DNA of 64,000 nucleotides from Phenylobacterium sp. RIFCSPHIGHO2_01_FULL_69_31 (GCF_001824475.1 NZ_MHXN01000011.1:7918-71917), one strand, 5' to 3'. Shown: positions 45,552-56,110, counted from the first letter of the stretch. Program-made: numbers and translations. The notes: generated from the letters alone by a model not told the origin.

Positions 45552-47648
45552 ATGTCGCTAACGGCCACTCTTCTCACCGCATCGTCCGGCCTGAACGCCG
45601 CGCAGGCGTCCCTGCGCGCGATCTCGGACAATATCGCCAACGTCAACACCCCCGGCTACGTCCGCAAGGCGGTCAACCAGAGCTCTCTGGTCGTCGACGG
45701 CGCCGGCATGGGCGTGAAGATCGACGGCGTCCAGCGGATCACCGACCAGTACCTGCAGATGGCCTCGCTGACCGCGTCCTCGGACGCCTCACGCTGGTCG
45801 GCGGTCTCGCAGTACCTGGACAACGCCCAGAGCCTGTTCGGCGACCCCAGCAAGGACGGTTTCTTCTTCAACCGCCTCGACAAGATCTTCGCGTCCTTCG
45901 CCACGGCGGCCGACGATCCGTCCTCCACCCTGCTGCGCAGCCAGGCGCTGTCGAACGTCGAGGACTTCCTGACCGAAGCCGACCGGATCAACAGCCAGAT
46001 CGTCGCCCTTGGCGATACGGTCGAGACCCAGATCACGGCCAACGTCGATCGCGTCAACAACCTGCTGAGCGAGATCAGCAAGCTCAACTCGGACATCACG
46101 CGCGCGACGCTGGTGGGCGCCGACGCCTCCGGGTCGGCCAACATCCAGAGCCAGATGCTCGATGAACTGGCCAGCCTGGTGAACGTGCGGATCTCGCCGC
46201 GCACGTCGGGCGGCGTTGACGTGCGCTCGGCCGAAGGCGTGCTGCTGGCCGGCGACGCGCCGGCGAAGCTCACCTTCAACGCGACGGACTCGACCCCCGG
46301 CTATATCTCCGCCCAGCTGCCGGGCAGCCCCTCGTCGACGCCCATCAACATCAGCAGCGGCGAGCTGAAGGGCCTGCTCGAGCTGCGCGATGTCGAGCTT
46401 CCCAAGATCTACGACCAGCTCGGCGAATTCGTCAGCAAGGCCGTGGACCAGCTCAACGCGGCCAACAACGACGCGGCCGCCTATCCCCCGCCCACCACCA
46501 TGGCCGGCCGCGATACCGGCCTCGACCTGCCGACGGCGGTCACGGGCTTCAGCGGGACCTCGACGCTCGCGATCGTCAGCCCGACGGGCGTGCTCCAGCG
46601 CAAGATCGACATCGACTTCACCGCCGGGACCATGTCGGTGGACGGCGGACCCGCCGCCGCGTTCACGCCGGCCAACTTCCTGACGAACCTCAACACCGCC
46701 CTGGGCGCCACGGGCAGCGCCACCTTCACCAACGGAGCGCTGACGCTGAACGCCGCCGGCGGCAACGGCCTGGCCATCGACGAAGGCACCTCGCAGAAGA
46801 CCGGCCGCGGCTTCTCGCACTTCTTCGGGCTGAACGACCTGGTCAAGGCGTCGGGCCAGACGAACTACGCCACGGGCCTGACGGCCGCGAGCCCGCACGG
46901 GTTTACGCCTGGCGACCAGATCAACCTGCAGCTCTCCTATACGGACGGGCGACCGATCTCGAGCGTCGCGGTCACCGTCCCGGCGGCCGCAAACATGAGC
47001 GACCTCCTGGCCTCGCTGAACAGCCCGGCGACGGGCGTGGGCCTCTACGGCTCGTTCGGTCTGGACGCGAACGGCGTCCTCAGCTTCACGTCGAGCGCGG
47101 CGCTGGACGCCAAGGTCTCGGTGATCACCGACAATACCCAACGCGGCGCGGGCGGCCCCTCGATCAGCCAGCTGTTCGGACTGGGCGTGCAGGAGCGCTC
47201 GACCCGCGCCGGCCGCTTCTCCGTGTCTTCGATCTTCAGTTCCGACCCCACCAAGATGGCGATGGGCAAGGTCGACACCAGCGTGGCCGTCGGCCAGGTG
47301 GCCGTGCGTCCGGGCGATGGGCAGGGGGCCCTCGACCTCTCCGCCGCCGGCGAACGGAGCACGCTGTTCCAGCCGGCCGGCTCGCTGGGCCAGGTCACCA
47401 TGACCGTCTCGCGCTACGCCGCCGAGTTCGGCGGCGCCATCGGCCGCGGCGCCGCGGCCGCGGAAACCCGCAAGGCGAGCGCCGAAGCCGTCGCCGCCGA
47501 AGCCAACAACCGGCGCCAGTCGGTCGAGGGCGTGAACCTCGACGAGGAGCTGGTGAACCTCACCACCTATCAACAGGCGTTCAGCGCCTCCGCCCGAATG
47601 ATCCAGGCCGCAGGCGATCTCTACGACGTCCTGCTGAACATGGTCTGA
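45552..47648 (+). CDS. flgK: Flagellar hook-associated protein FlgK
   Basis: ISDNIANVNTPGYVRK; C-terminal SVEGVNLDEELVNL..YQQAF.ASARMI. Confidence 0.97.
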   Translation: MSLTATLLTASSGLNAAQASLRAISDNIANVNTPGYVRKAVNQSSLVVDGAGMGVKIDGVQRITDQYLQMASLTASSDASRWSAVSQYLDNAQSLFGDPSKDGFFFNRLDKIFASFATAADDPSSTLLRSQALSNVEDFLTEADRINSQIVALGDTVETQITANVDRVNNLLSEISKLNSDITRATLVGADASGSANIQSQMLDELASLVNVRISPRTSGGVDVRSAEGVLLAGDAPAKLTFNATDSTPGYISAQLPGSPSSTPINISSGELKGLLELRDVELPKIYDQLGEFVSKAVDQLNAANNDAAAYPPPTTMAGRDTGLDLPTAVTGFSGTSTLAIVSPTGVLQRKIDIDFTAGTMSVDGGPAAAFTPANFLTNLNTALGATGSATFTNGALTLNAAGGNGLAIDEGTSQKTGRGFSHFFGLNDLVKASGQTNYATGLTAASPHGFTPGDQINLQLSYTDGRPISSVAVTVPAAANMSDLLASLNSPATGVGLYGSFGLDANGVLSFTSSAALDAKVSVITDNTQRGAGGPSISQLFGLGVQERSTRAGRFSVSSIFSSDPTKMAMGKVDTSVAVGQVAVRPGDGQGALDLSAAGERSTLFQPAGSLGQVTMTVSRYAAEFGGAIGRGAAAAETRKASAEAVAAEANNRRQSVEGVNLDEELVNLTTYQQAFSASARMIQAAGDLYDVLLNMV

Positions 47649-47659
47649 GGAGACTAAAG

Positions 47660-48589
47660 ATGGTCACGCGCGTCACCACCCCCGGCAACTACTCGGCCGT
47701 CCTCGCAAACCTTCTGACCGCCCAGAAGAATCAGATGGAGGCCGGCGACAAGGTCGCGACCCAGAAGAACGGGCAGAACCTGAAGGACTACGCCAAGTCC
47801 TCGGAACTGCTGACCGCCATGCGTTCGGTGCAGACCCGGCTCAGCGTCTACGAGGATCAGAACAAGCTGCTGACCGACAAGCTGGACACCCAGAACACCG
47901 CGATCACCCGGGTGGCCGACGCCGCGCAGGCGGTCCGCCAGCTGTTCGCCGAAGCCCTGGCCTCGGGCCGCGCCGACACCCTGGTCGAGGACGTGCAGGG
48001 CCAGCTGCGCAATGCCGTGGAGGGGATGAACGCCCGCTATGGCGGCAAATATGTCTTCGCCGGCGGCCAGGTGGACACCCGCCCCGTGACGGCGACGTCC
48101 CTGGCCGACCTCACGGCCGGGCCGCCCATCGCCAGCTTCTTCCAGAACGACCAGTTCAAGGTCACCGCCAAGCTCGATGAGGCGACCACCGTCACCACCG
48201 GCCTGCTGGCCGGCGACATGGGGACCGACCTGCTGACGGCGTTCCAGACCTTCCAGGCCTTCAACGAAGGCGCCTCGGGGCCGTTCGGCGGCCAGCTCAC
48301 CGCGGCGCAGCAGACGTTCCTGGAGAACCAGCTGTCGACCTGGGACGGCGTGCGCGCCGACGTGACCCAGATGGCGGCCTACAACGGGGTGAACCAGAAG
48401 CGCCTGGAGACCATCGCAGACGACCTCAAGACCCGGCAGAACTCGCTGGCCGGCATGCTGGGCGACATCACCGATGCCGACATGGCCGAGGCTGCGGCCC
48501 AGCTGCAGCAGGCCCAGCTTTCGGTGCAGTCGGCCGCCTACGTCTTCCAGTCGCTGCAGGAATCCTCGCTGATCAACCTGCTGCGGTAG
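47660..48589 (+). CDS. flgL: Flagellar hook-associated protein FlgL
   Basis: Flagellin-like termini, GKYVFAG, DADMAEAA...QLSVQS. Directly follows flgK. Confidence 0.93.
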   Translation: MVTRVTTPGNYSAVLANLLTAQKNQMEAGDKVATQKNGQNLKDYAKSSELLTAMRSVQTRLSVYEDQNKLLTDKLDTQNTAITRVADAAQAVRQLFAEALASGRADTLVEDVQGQLRNAVEGMNARYGGKYVFAGGQVDTRPVTATSLADLTAGPPIASFFQNDQFKVTAKLDEATTVTTGLLAGDMGTDLLTAFQTFQAFNEGASGPFGGQLTAAQQTFLENQLSTWDGVRADVTQMAAYNGVNQKRLETIADDLKTRQNSLAGMLGDITDADMAEAAAQLQQAQLSVQSAAYVFQSLQESSLINLLR

Positions 48590-48645
48590 CGCCTGGGGCC
48601 ATCTGTCCCTCCCCAAAGCGGGGTCGGAGGACTACATAGGCCGCC

Positions 48646-49827
48646 ATGAACGCCCCGGTCCTCGTCCCCGACCGCCTGAGCGACGGCCTGATCGAGGCCG
48701 CGCGGGAAGCCGTGCGTCTGCCGGCCGGGACCCGGATCGTGGCCGCCATGTCGGGCGGGGTGGACTCCACCGTCACCGCCGCCGTGCTCGCGCGGGCCGG
48801 CTACGACGTGGTGGGCGTGACGCTGCAGCTCTATGACCACGGCGCTGCGATCCAGAAGAAGGGCGCCTGCTGCGCGGGCCAGGATATTCACGACGCCCGG
48901 ACGGCGGCGAACGCCATCGGCATTCCGCACTACGTCCTGGACTACGAGAGCCGCTTCAAGCAGCAGGTGATCGAGGATTTCGCCGACAGCTACCTGCGCG
49001 GCGAGACGCCGATCCCCTGCATCCGCTGCAATCAGACGGTGAAGTTCCGCGACCTGCTGGACGTGGCGCGCGACCTGGGCGCCGAGGCCATGGCTACCGG
49101 CCACTACGTGCGGCGCGAGGTCGGGCCGGCGGGGCCGGAGCTGCACCGGGCGGCGGACCCCGCGCGCGACCAGTCCTATTTCCTGTTCGCCACCACGGCC
49201 GAACAGCTCGCCTACCTGCGCTTCCCGCTGGGGGCGCTGCCGAAGCCGGCCGTGCGGGCGGCGGCGATGGAGCTGGGGCTGGCGGTGGCCGACAAACCGG
49301 ACAGCCAAGACATCTGTTTCGTGCCGGAGGGCCGGTACACCACGGTCATCGACCGCCTGCGCCCGCACGGCGCCGAGCCGGGCGACATCGTGCACCAGGA
49401 TGGCCGCGTGCTGGGCCGCCACGAAGGCGTGACCCGCTATACTATCGGCCAGCGGCGCGGGCTGAACGTGGCCGTGGGCGACCCGCTGTTCGTGGTGAAG
49501 ATCGACGCCGACAAGCGGCAAGTGATCGTGGGGCCGCGCGAGGCGCTGCTGACCCACGCGCTCAGCCTGAAGGAAACGAACTGGATCGGCGATGGACCGT
49601 CGATCGAGGCGGCCTGCGACGCGGGGCGCCCCGTTCTGGCGCGCGCCCGCTCCACGCGCGAGCCGGCCGCCGGTCGGCTAGCCTGGGTGGACGGCCAGCC
49701 GGGGCTGGTCTTCGACGCGGCGGAAGAGGGCGTGGCGCCCGGCCAGGCCTGCGTGCTCTATGCGCCCGAGGCGCCGACCCGCGTGCTGGGCGGCGGCTTC
49801 ATCCAGGGGACGGTCCGCGACGTCTGA
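48646..49827 (+). CDS. mnmA: tRNA 2-thiouridine(34) synthase MnmA
   Basis: [53 protein letters not shown]. Confidence 0.98.
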   Translation: MNAPVLVPDRLSDGLIEAAREAVRLPAGTRIVAAMSGGVDSTVTAAVLARAGYDVVGVTLQLYDHGAAIQKKGACCAGQDIHDARTAANAIGIPHYVLDYESRFKQQVIEDFADSYLRGETPIPCIRCNQTVKFRDLLDVARDLGAEAMATGHYVRREVGPAGPELHRAADPARDQSYFLFATTAEQLAYLRFPLGALPKPAVRAAAMELGLAVADKPDSQDICFVPEGRYTTVIDRLRPHGAEPGDIVHQDGRVLGRHEGVTRYTIGQRRGLNVAVGDPLFVVKIDADKRQVIVGPREALLTHALSLKETNWIGDGPSIEAACDAGRPVLARARSTREPAAGRLAWVDGQPGLVFDAAEEGVAPGQACVLYAPEAPTRVLGGGFIQGTVRDV

Positions 49828-49881
49828 GGTTGACGCTGCGTCCGCTGGTTTTCGACAACCGGTGAAATTATATCGACAGCC

Positions 49882-51075
49882 ATGACCCAAACCTCCTCAG
49901 ACCCCGTCGTCATCGCCGCCTACGCCCGCACGCCCATGGGCGGCTTTCAGGGCGTCCTTTCGGGCGTGAAGGCCACCGAGCTCGGGGCGACCGCCGTCAG
50001 GGCCGCCGTCGAGCGCTCGGGCGCCCCGGCCGAGGCCATCGAGCAGATCCTGATGGGCTGCGTCCTGCCCGCGGGCCTGGGCCAGGCTCCGGCGCGACAG
50101 GCCGCGCTCGGGGCCGGACTGCCGAAGTCGGTGCAGGCCACGACCGTCAACAAGATGTGCGGCTCGGGGATGCAGGCCGCGATCCTGGCGCACGACGCCC
50201 TGGCGGCCGGCTCGGTCGACGTGATCGTCGCAGGCGGCATGGAGAGCATGACCGGCGCCCCCTACCTGATGACCAAGCACCGCGGCGGCGCGCGGATCGG
50301 CCACGACACGATGTACGATCATATGTACCTGGACGGTCTGGAAGACGCCTACGAGCCGGGCCGCCTGATGGGCTCGTTCGCCGAAGAGACCGCCAAGACC
50401 TACCAGTTCACCCGTGAGGCGCAGGACGAATACGCCATCGCCAGCCTGACCAAGGCGCGCGCGGCCACGGAGAGCGGCGCCTTCGCCCGCGAGATCGTCC
50501 CGGTCACGGTCACCGACCGCAAGGGTTCCACCGTGGTGGACAAGGACGAGCAGCCGCTGAAAGCCGACCCTGCCAAGATCCCGACCCTCAAGCCCGCCTT
50601 TGCCAAGGACGGCACGATCACGGCGGCCAACGCTTCGTCGATCAGCGACGGCGCCGCGGCCCTGGTGATGACCCGCGAGAGCGTGGCCCGGAAGCTGGGC
50701 ATGAAGATTGTAGCGAGGGTAGCCGGCCACGCGGCCCACGCCCACGAGCCGGGCCTGTTCACCACCGCGCCCGTGCCGGCGGTCCAGAAGGCGCTGAAGC
50801 GCGCCGGCTGGAGCCTGGACGATGTCGACCTGTTCGAGATCAACGAGGCTTTCGCCGTGGTCGCCATGATCGCCGAGCGGGACCTGGGCATCGACCGGGC
50901 CAAGCTCAACGTCAACGGCGGCGCCTGCGCCCTGGGCCACCCGATCGGCGCGAGCGGCGCCCGCATCCTGGCCACCCTGCTGTCGGCGCTGGAAGCCCGC
51001 GGCGGCAAGCGGGGCGTGGCCTCGCTCTGCATCGGGGGCGGCGAGGCCACGGCGATGGCGGTGGAACTGGCCTAG
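49882..51075 (+). CDS. Acetyl-CoA C-acyltransferase (thiolase, AtoB-like)
   Basis: NKMCGSG, NEAFA, GHPIGASG, LCIGGGE. Confidence 0.96.
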   Translation: MTQTSSDPVVIAAYARTPMGGFQGVLSGVKATELGATAVRAAVERSGAPAEAIEQILMGCVLPAGLGQAPARQAALGAGLPKSVQATTVNKMCGSGMQAAILAHDALAAGSVDVIVAGGMESMTGAPYLMTKHRGGARIGHDTMYDHMYLDGLEDAYEPGRLMGSFAEETAKTYQFTREAQDEYAIASLTKARAATESGAFAREIVPVTVTDRKGSTVVDKDEQPLKADPAKIPTLKPAFAKDGTITAANASSISDGAAALVMTRESVARKLGMKIVARVAGHAAHAHEPGLFTTAPVPAVQKALKRAGWSLDDVDLFEINEAFAVVAMIAERDLGIDRAKLNVNGGACALGHPIGASGARILATLLSALEARGGKRGVASLCIGGGEATAMAVELA

Positions 51076-51133
51076 CCCCCTCTCGCTTCGCGAACTCCCC
51101 CCTTCAGGCGGAGGTCCCGGAGCGGGAGGGGGC
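51075..51133. repeat. REP-like compound hairpin between convergent genes
   Basis: Outer arms GCCCCCTCTCGCT / AGCGGGAGGGGGC enclosing an inner CTCC...GGAG hairpin. Confidence 0.6.
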
Positions 51134-51144
51134 TCAGCCTCGGC

Positions 51145-51633
51145 CTACAGGGTCTTGGCGATCGCCTCGCACTGCTCGGCGCAGATGCCCCAGCCTTCGT
51201 GGAAGCCCATCTGCTCGTGCTGGGCCTTCTTCTCAGGGGTGGGGTGCCCGCAGCGGGCAAGGTAGAGGGTCTTGCCGTCTGCCTGACGCTCGAAGGTGAG
51301 CACGCAGGTCATCATCCCGCCGTCGGCGGCCGGAACCCAGCCCTCGGTGAAGGCGTCGGTGAAGACGAGCTTCTCGTTCGGCACGACCTCCAGGAAGACC
51401 CCCTGGTTCTCGAACCGCTCGCCGTCCGGGCCGTACATGACGTTGTTGCTGGCGCCGCCCGGGCGCAGGTCCATCTTCGTCACCTCGGCCCGCCAGGGCT
51501 TGGGGCAGAACCATTCGGGGTAGCGTTCGGGCGTCGTCCACACCTTGTAGAGCTGCTCCGGCGTCGCATCCATGATGCGGGCCAGGACCAGCTCGTTGTC
51601 GTGGTTCGGGGCGATGTCGATCTTGGTAGCCAT
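51145..51633 (-). CDS. SRPBCC / AHA1-like family protein
   Basis: ELVLARIMDA.PE.LYKVWT.P...WF.PKPW, DLRPGG, G.FLEVVP.EKLVFTDAF, HE.MGFHEGW. Confidence 0.92.
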   Translation of the reverse strand: MATKIDIAPNHDNELVLARIMDATPEQLYKVWTTPERYPEWFCPKPWRAEVTKMDLRPGGASNNVMYGPDGERFENQGVFLEVVPNEKLVFTDAFTEGWVPAADGGMMTCVLTFERQADGKTLYLARCGHPTPEKKAQHEQMGFHEGWGICAEQCEAIAKTL

Positions 51634-51694
51634 GTCCAGTCTCCTCTGTTGGCCCTAGGACGCGGCGCCCCACCCGGTCCCGACACGGCCGCGA

Positions 51695-52273
51695 TCATTT
51701 TTTCGCGGCCATCGCCTCCATGTTGATCTTCATGCCGCCGGGCAGGGTCACGTCGCCGCCTTTCATGCCGGCGGGGCAGGCGCCTTCCCATTTGGCGGTC
51801 AGGGTCATGTCGCTGGTGGTGTTGGCCTGCGGCATGGAGGAGCCGGTGGTCGTGCTGGTGGTCTTCACGGTGTAGGCCGAGGCGAAGTCGCCGGTGACCG
51901 TGCCCTTGGACACCACACGGCCCATCTCGCCCATGTCGCATTCGCTCTCGAAGGCGTAGCCGCCCGGCGCTGCGGCGAAGCTGTTCTTGGCGCACATGTC
52001 CTTGCTCACCGCCTGACCCCAGACGCTCATCTTGGAGTCGGTGTCGGCGTCGATGCAGACCTGCATGGTCTGGTTCGCGCCCTCGGCGGCGATGGTGTGG
52101 CTCCAGAGGCCCGGCTTGCGCTTCGGCATGGCCACGGGGCCGGCCGTGGCGCTGGCGTTTCCGCCCGAGGCCGACGCGGACGCCGCCGCGTCCGGGGCGG
52201 CGGCCTTGTCCTCTTTCTTGGAGCAGGCCGCGAGGGCCAGGGCGCCCAGCGCCACAACCGCAAAGACACGCAT
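51695..52273 (-). CDS. DUF3617 family lipoprotein
   Basis: Lipobox LAAC, KPGLW...., C.D, C.....GG.....C, A.W.GAC. Confidence 0.82.
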   Translation of the reverse strand: MRVFAVVALGALALAACSKKEDKAAAPDAAASASASGGNASATAGPVAMPKRKPGLWSHTIAAEGANQTMQVCIDADTDSKMSVWGQAVSKDMCAKNSFAAAPGGYAFESECDMGEMGRVVSKGTVTGDFASAYTVKTTSTTTGSSMPQANTTSDMTLTAKWEGACPAGMKGGDVTLPGGMKINMEAMAAKK

Positions 52274-52333
52274 CTTGATCTCTCCGAGCACGTTCCCCAG
52301 CTTCGAACCCTAACCGCCTGAGGAGCCCGATCA

Positions 52334-52600
52334 ATGTCCGAACTGCGCGATACAGGCGAACGCTACGAGATGGACGAGGAGGGGCTGACCTCCTACGCCG
52401 ACTACCGGAAGACGGGCGACCGGCTCTACATCGACTATGTCTTCAGCCCGGTTCCCCTGCGCGGCACGGGCGCCTCGGGCCGGCTCATGGCCGCCCTGGC
52501 CGCCGACGCCCGGGCCAAGGACCTGAAGATCACCCCCATCTGCGGCTATGCCGCCGCCTGGCTGCGGCGCAGCCACGAGTTCCGCGACCTCGTCTCGTAG
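52334..52600 (+). CDS. Small GNAT, YjdJ / Acetyltransf_CG family
   Basis: RYE, YVFSPVPLRGTGASGRLM, KITPICGYA. GAGGAG RBS. Confidence 0.85.
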   Translation: MSELRDTGERYEMDEEGLTSYADYRKTGDRLYIDYVFSPVPLRGTGASGRLMAALAADARAKDLKITPICGYAAAWLRRSHEFRDLVS

Positions 52601-52756
52601 GGTGAGCCTAGGGCGAGGCCCAGCGGCAACTCACGATCACTGCGGCGACAGGCGGCGGCCCCGCCAGGATCGTGGCCATAAGGGCGCTTGAAGAGCGGGT
52701 CGCCCTTCGCTGAACAGCGCGTCCCCGGCGCCGACGCCGGGGACGCGCCTCAGTGT

Positions 52757-53395
52757 CTAGAGGCTCTGGAGCACCAGGCGACGCCGGCGCATCATCGCGC
52801 CGGCTCCACCAAGGCCCATGATCATCATCGCCCATGTGGCCGGTTCCGGCACCGCGGCGCCGCCGATGGCCAGGTTGTCGATCTCGAAGGAGTTGCTCGA
52901 CGAGGTCAGGGTGATGCTCTGGAACGTCTCGCCGGCGTCACCCCACACGGTGAAGAGACCATTGGTGCCCGGAGACACCTGGTTGCCGTTCGCCGCATTT
53001 ATGAAGTTGCCCCCGGGGATGATGATCTTTTCCGGGCCGGTCGAGTCGATGGTCAGGGTATTGTAAGTGTCGATTGAGCCCCAATCGAACTGGAAACGGT
53101 TGACGGCCGCGCCGAAGTCAATGGTGGCGCTACCGCCTCCGAGAACGGACAGATAGGGCGTGCCGGCCGGAATGGAGTTGGCCGGGGGAGCCCCCTCGCT
53201 GTCGGCCGGTGGCGTCTTGATCAGAAAGCCCGAGCCGTCGATCCCCGCCGTGGTGTCGAAGGTGTTGATCACCGTGTAGCCGGTGCTAGGCGAGGCCATA
53301 CCGGGCTGGAAGGACCATACCACGGCGGCGCTGGCTGGGAGGGCGGAGAGGAACAGAGGCGCCGCAATGGCGGCTCCGAGGAGGCGAAATCTCAT
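52757..53395 (-). CDS. PEPxxWA-CTERM sorting-domain surface protein
   Basis: Signal peptide plus C-terminal VPEPATWAMMIMGLGGAGAMMRRRR. The body contains F..WGSIDTYNT and SNSFEIDN motifs. Confidence 0.92.
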   Translation of the reverse strand: MRFRLLGAAIAAPLFLSALPASAAVVWSFQPGMASPSTGYTVINTFDTTAGIDGSGFLIKTPPADSEGAPPANSIPAGTPYLSVLGGGSATIDFGAAVNRFQFDWGSIDTYNTLTIDSTGPEKIIIPGGNFINAANGNQVSPGTNGLFTVWGDAGETFQSITLTSSSNSFEIDNLAIGGAAVPEPATWAMMIMGLGGAGAMMRRRRLVLQSL

Positions 53396-53798
53396 GTGAT
53401 TGGTGTCCAGCCCTCGCGCGTTCGAAATACTCGAAACGCCATATGCAGGCGGCGAATAAGGGCGCGGCGAAATCGAAGGTTCCAGGATCTGAAAATTAAA
53501 CCCTCCGCGGCCATCCCTCAGTATTCGTTCATAATTCCCCTATTTGGGGGAACGCTAGTCTTCCGGTTGCAGGACCAGGAGCTGGGCGCGCGGCCAGCCG
53601 CTGTCGGCCTCTGTCCAGAGGCTCGGTCGCGAGTGAAGTACGAAGACAAGCGCGCTTCGGATGCGCACGCTTCGGCGTCGGCTCCGCAGTCTGTCGCCGG
53701 CGGCTCAGTGTCCCCATCTGGCGCCGTCCGCCACCAGCAGTCGCCGCAACTTCGCCGTAGGGCGGGCGTTCTAAAACCGTCAGCAGAGGGAGGTCTTC

Positions 53799-54098
53799 AT
53801 GCAAATTCGCAACGCCGATGAATACGAGGCCGCGCTTGAGGACGCCGTGCAACGGATGGACGCCGGCTCGCGCGGCCAAGAGGCCGACCCCACACTTTTC
53901 GAACTGCTCGCAGCGATCGAAGCCTACCAGCCCACGTTCCAGGCGCCGCCGGACGTCGCGCCCGGGCTTTCCGGTCGGGCCGGGGACCTCGTTGCTCGGG
54001 CCCGCGATCTCAAACGGGTCTACGAGGAGCACACCGGCGCCTCGTGGAACAGCCTGCCCATAGATGGCCGCGGGATCGGGCCGACGACTGGCGTCTAG
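53799..54098 (+). CDS. Hypothetical 99-aa protein with a HigA-like N-terminal helical hairpin
   Basis: GGGAGG RBS. IRNADEYEAAL...LFELLAAIEAYQ. Upstream GCAAC-N16-CGTT at 53746..53770. Confidence 0.7.
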   Translation: MQIRNADEYEAALEDAVQRMDAGSRGQEADPTLFELLAAIEAYQPTFQAPPDVAPGLSGRAGDLVARARDLKRVYEEHTGASWNSLPIDGRGIGPTTGV

Positions 54099-54196
54099 GC
54101 GTCCGTCGACCCTTCAGGTTGCCCGGGATCGCCCTTCGGCGGCAGGGGATCGTCGCCCGCCGATGGCCGGATCATGCACAACCTTGTAGCGGCCGC

Positions 54197-54484
54197 TCAG
54201 GTGCGGGCGGCGATGGCTTCCAGGGTCTGGACGCGGCTGTCCAGGTCCTCGACGAGTTGGCGGGCCACCTCGCGAATGCCGGGCGCGTAGGCGTCGCCGC
54301 CCTCTGCGATCTCGGCGGCGAGCTGCTCCAGCTCGACCATGGCGCGCGACAGCGACTTCACGTGATCCTTGGCCAGTTGCTTGGCTTCGGCCTGCAGCCG
54401 GCGCACGCGCTCGGAGACGGTTTCAGTCTTGGTGGGAACGATCTTCAGTTCGTTATCGGCGACAACGGAGAGAGACGGAGACAT
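54197..54484 (-). CDS. Hypothetical 95-aa coiled-coil protein
   Basis: MSPSLSVV...ETVSERVRRLQAEAKQLA...EIAEGGDAY..GIRE.ARQL. Preceded by GAGGTACACGAAG. Confidence 0.75.
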   Translation of the reverse strand: MSPSLSVVADNELKIVPTKTETVSERVRRLQAEAKQLAKDHVKSLSRAMVELEQLAAEIAEGGDAYAPGIREVARQLVEDLDSRVQTLEAIAART

Positions 54485-54727
54485 CTTCGTGTACCTCAAT
54501 TGGATCCCCAAGGTCGTTACGGCCGCGGACCCGTTTCGGATCACGCTACAGCCGACCTTGCTGCTAGAACTTACGTCCCAAACACAGCAGAGGTTCCCTG
54601 TCTCCAGCATGAACGGCGCCAGTTAACTCTGCTGGGGAGAGACGTGGGGATTCGGCGCCACGGTGTTTAGTTAAGGCCGCGGCGCAAGAGTGCTTCCGGA
54701 GCGGAAGAAGTGGGCGGCGTCGGGCGC

Positions 54728-55051
54728 CTAGCCGCCCTCTGCCAGTTCAATCTTCGCGCCCGGGATCTCGATCAGCCGATAGCGCGCCCCGGCCTTGAGG
54801 GGGCCGAAGCGCAGCGCCTTGGCGCGGTCGCAGACCAGCAGCAACTCGCGGCGCGGGTCGAAGCCTTCGGACCAAGTCTTGCTGGGGCGGATCGCGAGCT
54901 TGGTGCGGGCGCGCCCGTCGACCAGCAGGGTGCAGTAGGCGACGCGCTCGGCCTGGGTGTTGGTGACGGAAACCAGGGGCAGCTCTTCGGCGGCCGCGGC
55001 GGGTGCGCTCACGCAGAGGGCGGCGATCACGCCTCGGACCATCGTGCGCAT
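54728..55051 (-). CDS. Hypothetical secreted protein (107 aa)
   Basis: AAGGAG RBS, signal peptide MRTMVRGVIAALCVSAPAAA, two Cys in the mature part. Confidence 0.7.
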   Translation of the reverse strand: MRTMVRGVIAALCVSAPAAAAEELPLVSVTNTQAERVAYCTLLVDGRARTKLAIRPSKTWSEGFDPRRELLLVCDRAKALRFGPLKAGARYRLIEIPGAKIELAEGG

Positions 55052-55232
55052 GCATTGCTCCTTTGCAGCGAGGCGCGGAGCGTCGCGAGGCAGGGCAACG
55101 GCTGTCAAGCTTACGGCCGACGGATTGCGACGAGCGGTCAGGCGCGGTTGCGCGTCGCTCACGCTACAGCCTGCTGTTGACCGAGGCACTCGGTCCTGGC
55201 TCATTCGAAGCCGTGCAGTGGGGGCGTAGGCG

Positions 55233-56027
55233 ATGGTGGCGGTTGCGGCGGATGTCGAGGCGCGAGGGGCGGACCCCAGAGCGCGGATTGGGACGATAAC
55301 GCAGCTGCGCGGTGCCGCGGCGCGCGCGCGCGCGGCGGGCTGGCGGGTGCTGGTTGTCTGGCTGGGCCTGGCGGCAGGCGGGCAGGTGGTACAGCACGGC
55401 TTCGCCCTCATGGGCGTGGATGCGGCAGCGGCGCAGGCCGCGCCGGGCTATCTGGCCTATGCACTGGCCGCCTCTGGGATTTCGGGCCTGGGCGCGGCCT
55501 GGGCGATGCGGGTGATGAGCGAGCCGGCTCGATGGCTGCGGTTCGACAGGCCGCTCTTGGAGGGCGCTTTGATTACGGCGGGCATGGTGCTTTGCCTGAT
55601 GGCGCTAGGCCTGTTGAACGTCCTGGTGGCCCAATCGGTCACCGAGCCGGGCATGATGGTGGTCGCGGGATCGAGCGTCGTGCTGCTGGCTCTTGTGCTG
55701 ATCTGGGTCGGCATGCGGTTGACCCTTTGGCCGATGGCGCGCGTGGCGGGTCGAAAGGATATCACGCCGGCGATGTCGTGGCGGCTGATGCGGCGAGCGA
55801 CGCGAGGCATGCTCCTGGGTTATGCTGTGCTCCTGATCCCGTTGATTGTGCTGCTGGTTCCACTGATGGTGGAGGCGGCCGCGGCGGGCGCACCGCCGAG
55901 CAGTGGGTCGTTGCTGGCGTCTCAGGCCGCGAGCGGTCTCTTCACTGTGCTGGCCTATGGGTTGGTGGCAGCCGTGTACACGCTAAGGGTGGAGAACCCG
56001 GCGACGGTGGCGGACGTGTTCGACTGA
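55233..56027 (+). CDS. Hypothetical multi-pass membrane protein
   Basis: About six hydrophobic segments and atypical codon usage. Start uncertain. Confidence 0.65.
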   Translation: MVAVAADVEARGADPRARIGTITQLRGAAARARAAGWRVLVVWLGLAAGGQVVQHGFALMGVDAAAAQAAPGYLAYALAASGISGLGAAWAMRVMSEPARWLRFDRPLLEGALITAGMVLCLMALGLLNVLVAQSVTEPGMMVVAGSSVVLLALVLIWVGMRLTLWPMARVAGRKDITPAMSWRLMRRATRGMLLGYAVLLIPLIVLLVPLMVEAAAAGAPPSSGSLLASQAASGLFTVLAYGLVAAVYTLRVENPATVADVFD

Positions 56028-56046
56028 AGGCGCGCTTCGCGCGGAA

Positions 56047-56110
56047 CACGGACCAACGCGGATCATCAGAGGACGGGCTCTGCTGCCTTGCAGGTCCGTG
56101 ATGGTCCGTG
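56047..56110. repeat. Long imperfect inverted repeat between convergent genes
   Basis: CACGGACCA-a-CGCGGAT ... GTCCGTG-a-TGGTCCGTG, with an inner CAGAG/CTCTG stem. Confidence 0.6.

Noticed and set aside
54615-54680. TTAA half-sites upstream of the 95-aa hypothetical gene as CtrA boxes
   Set aside because: No second half-site at N7 spacing, so too weak to call.
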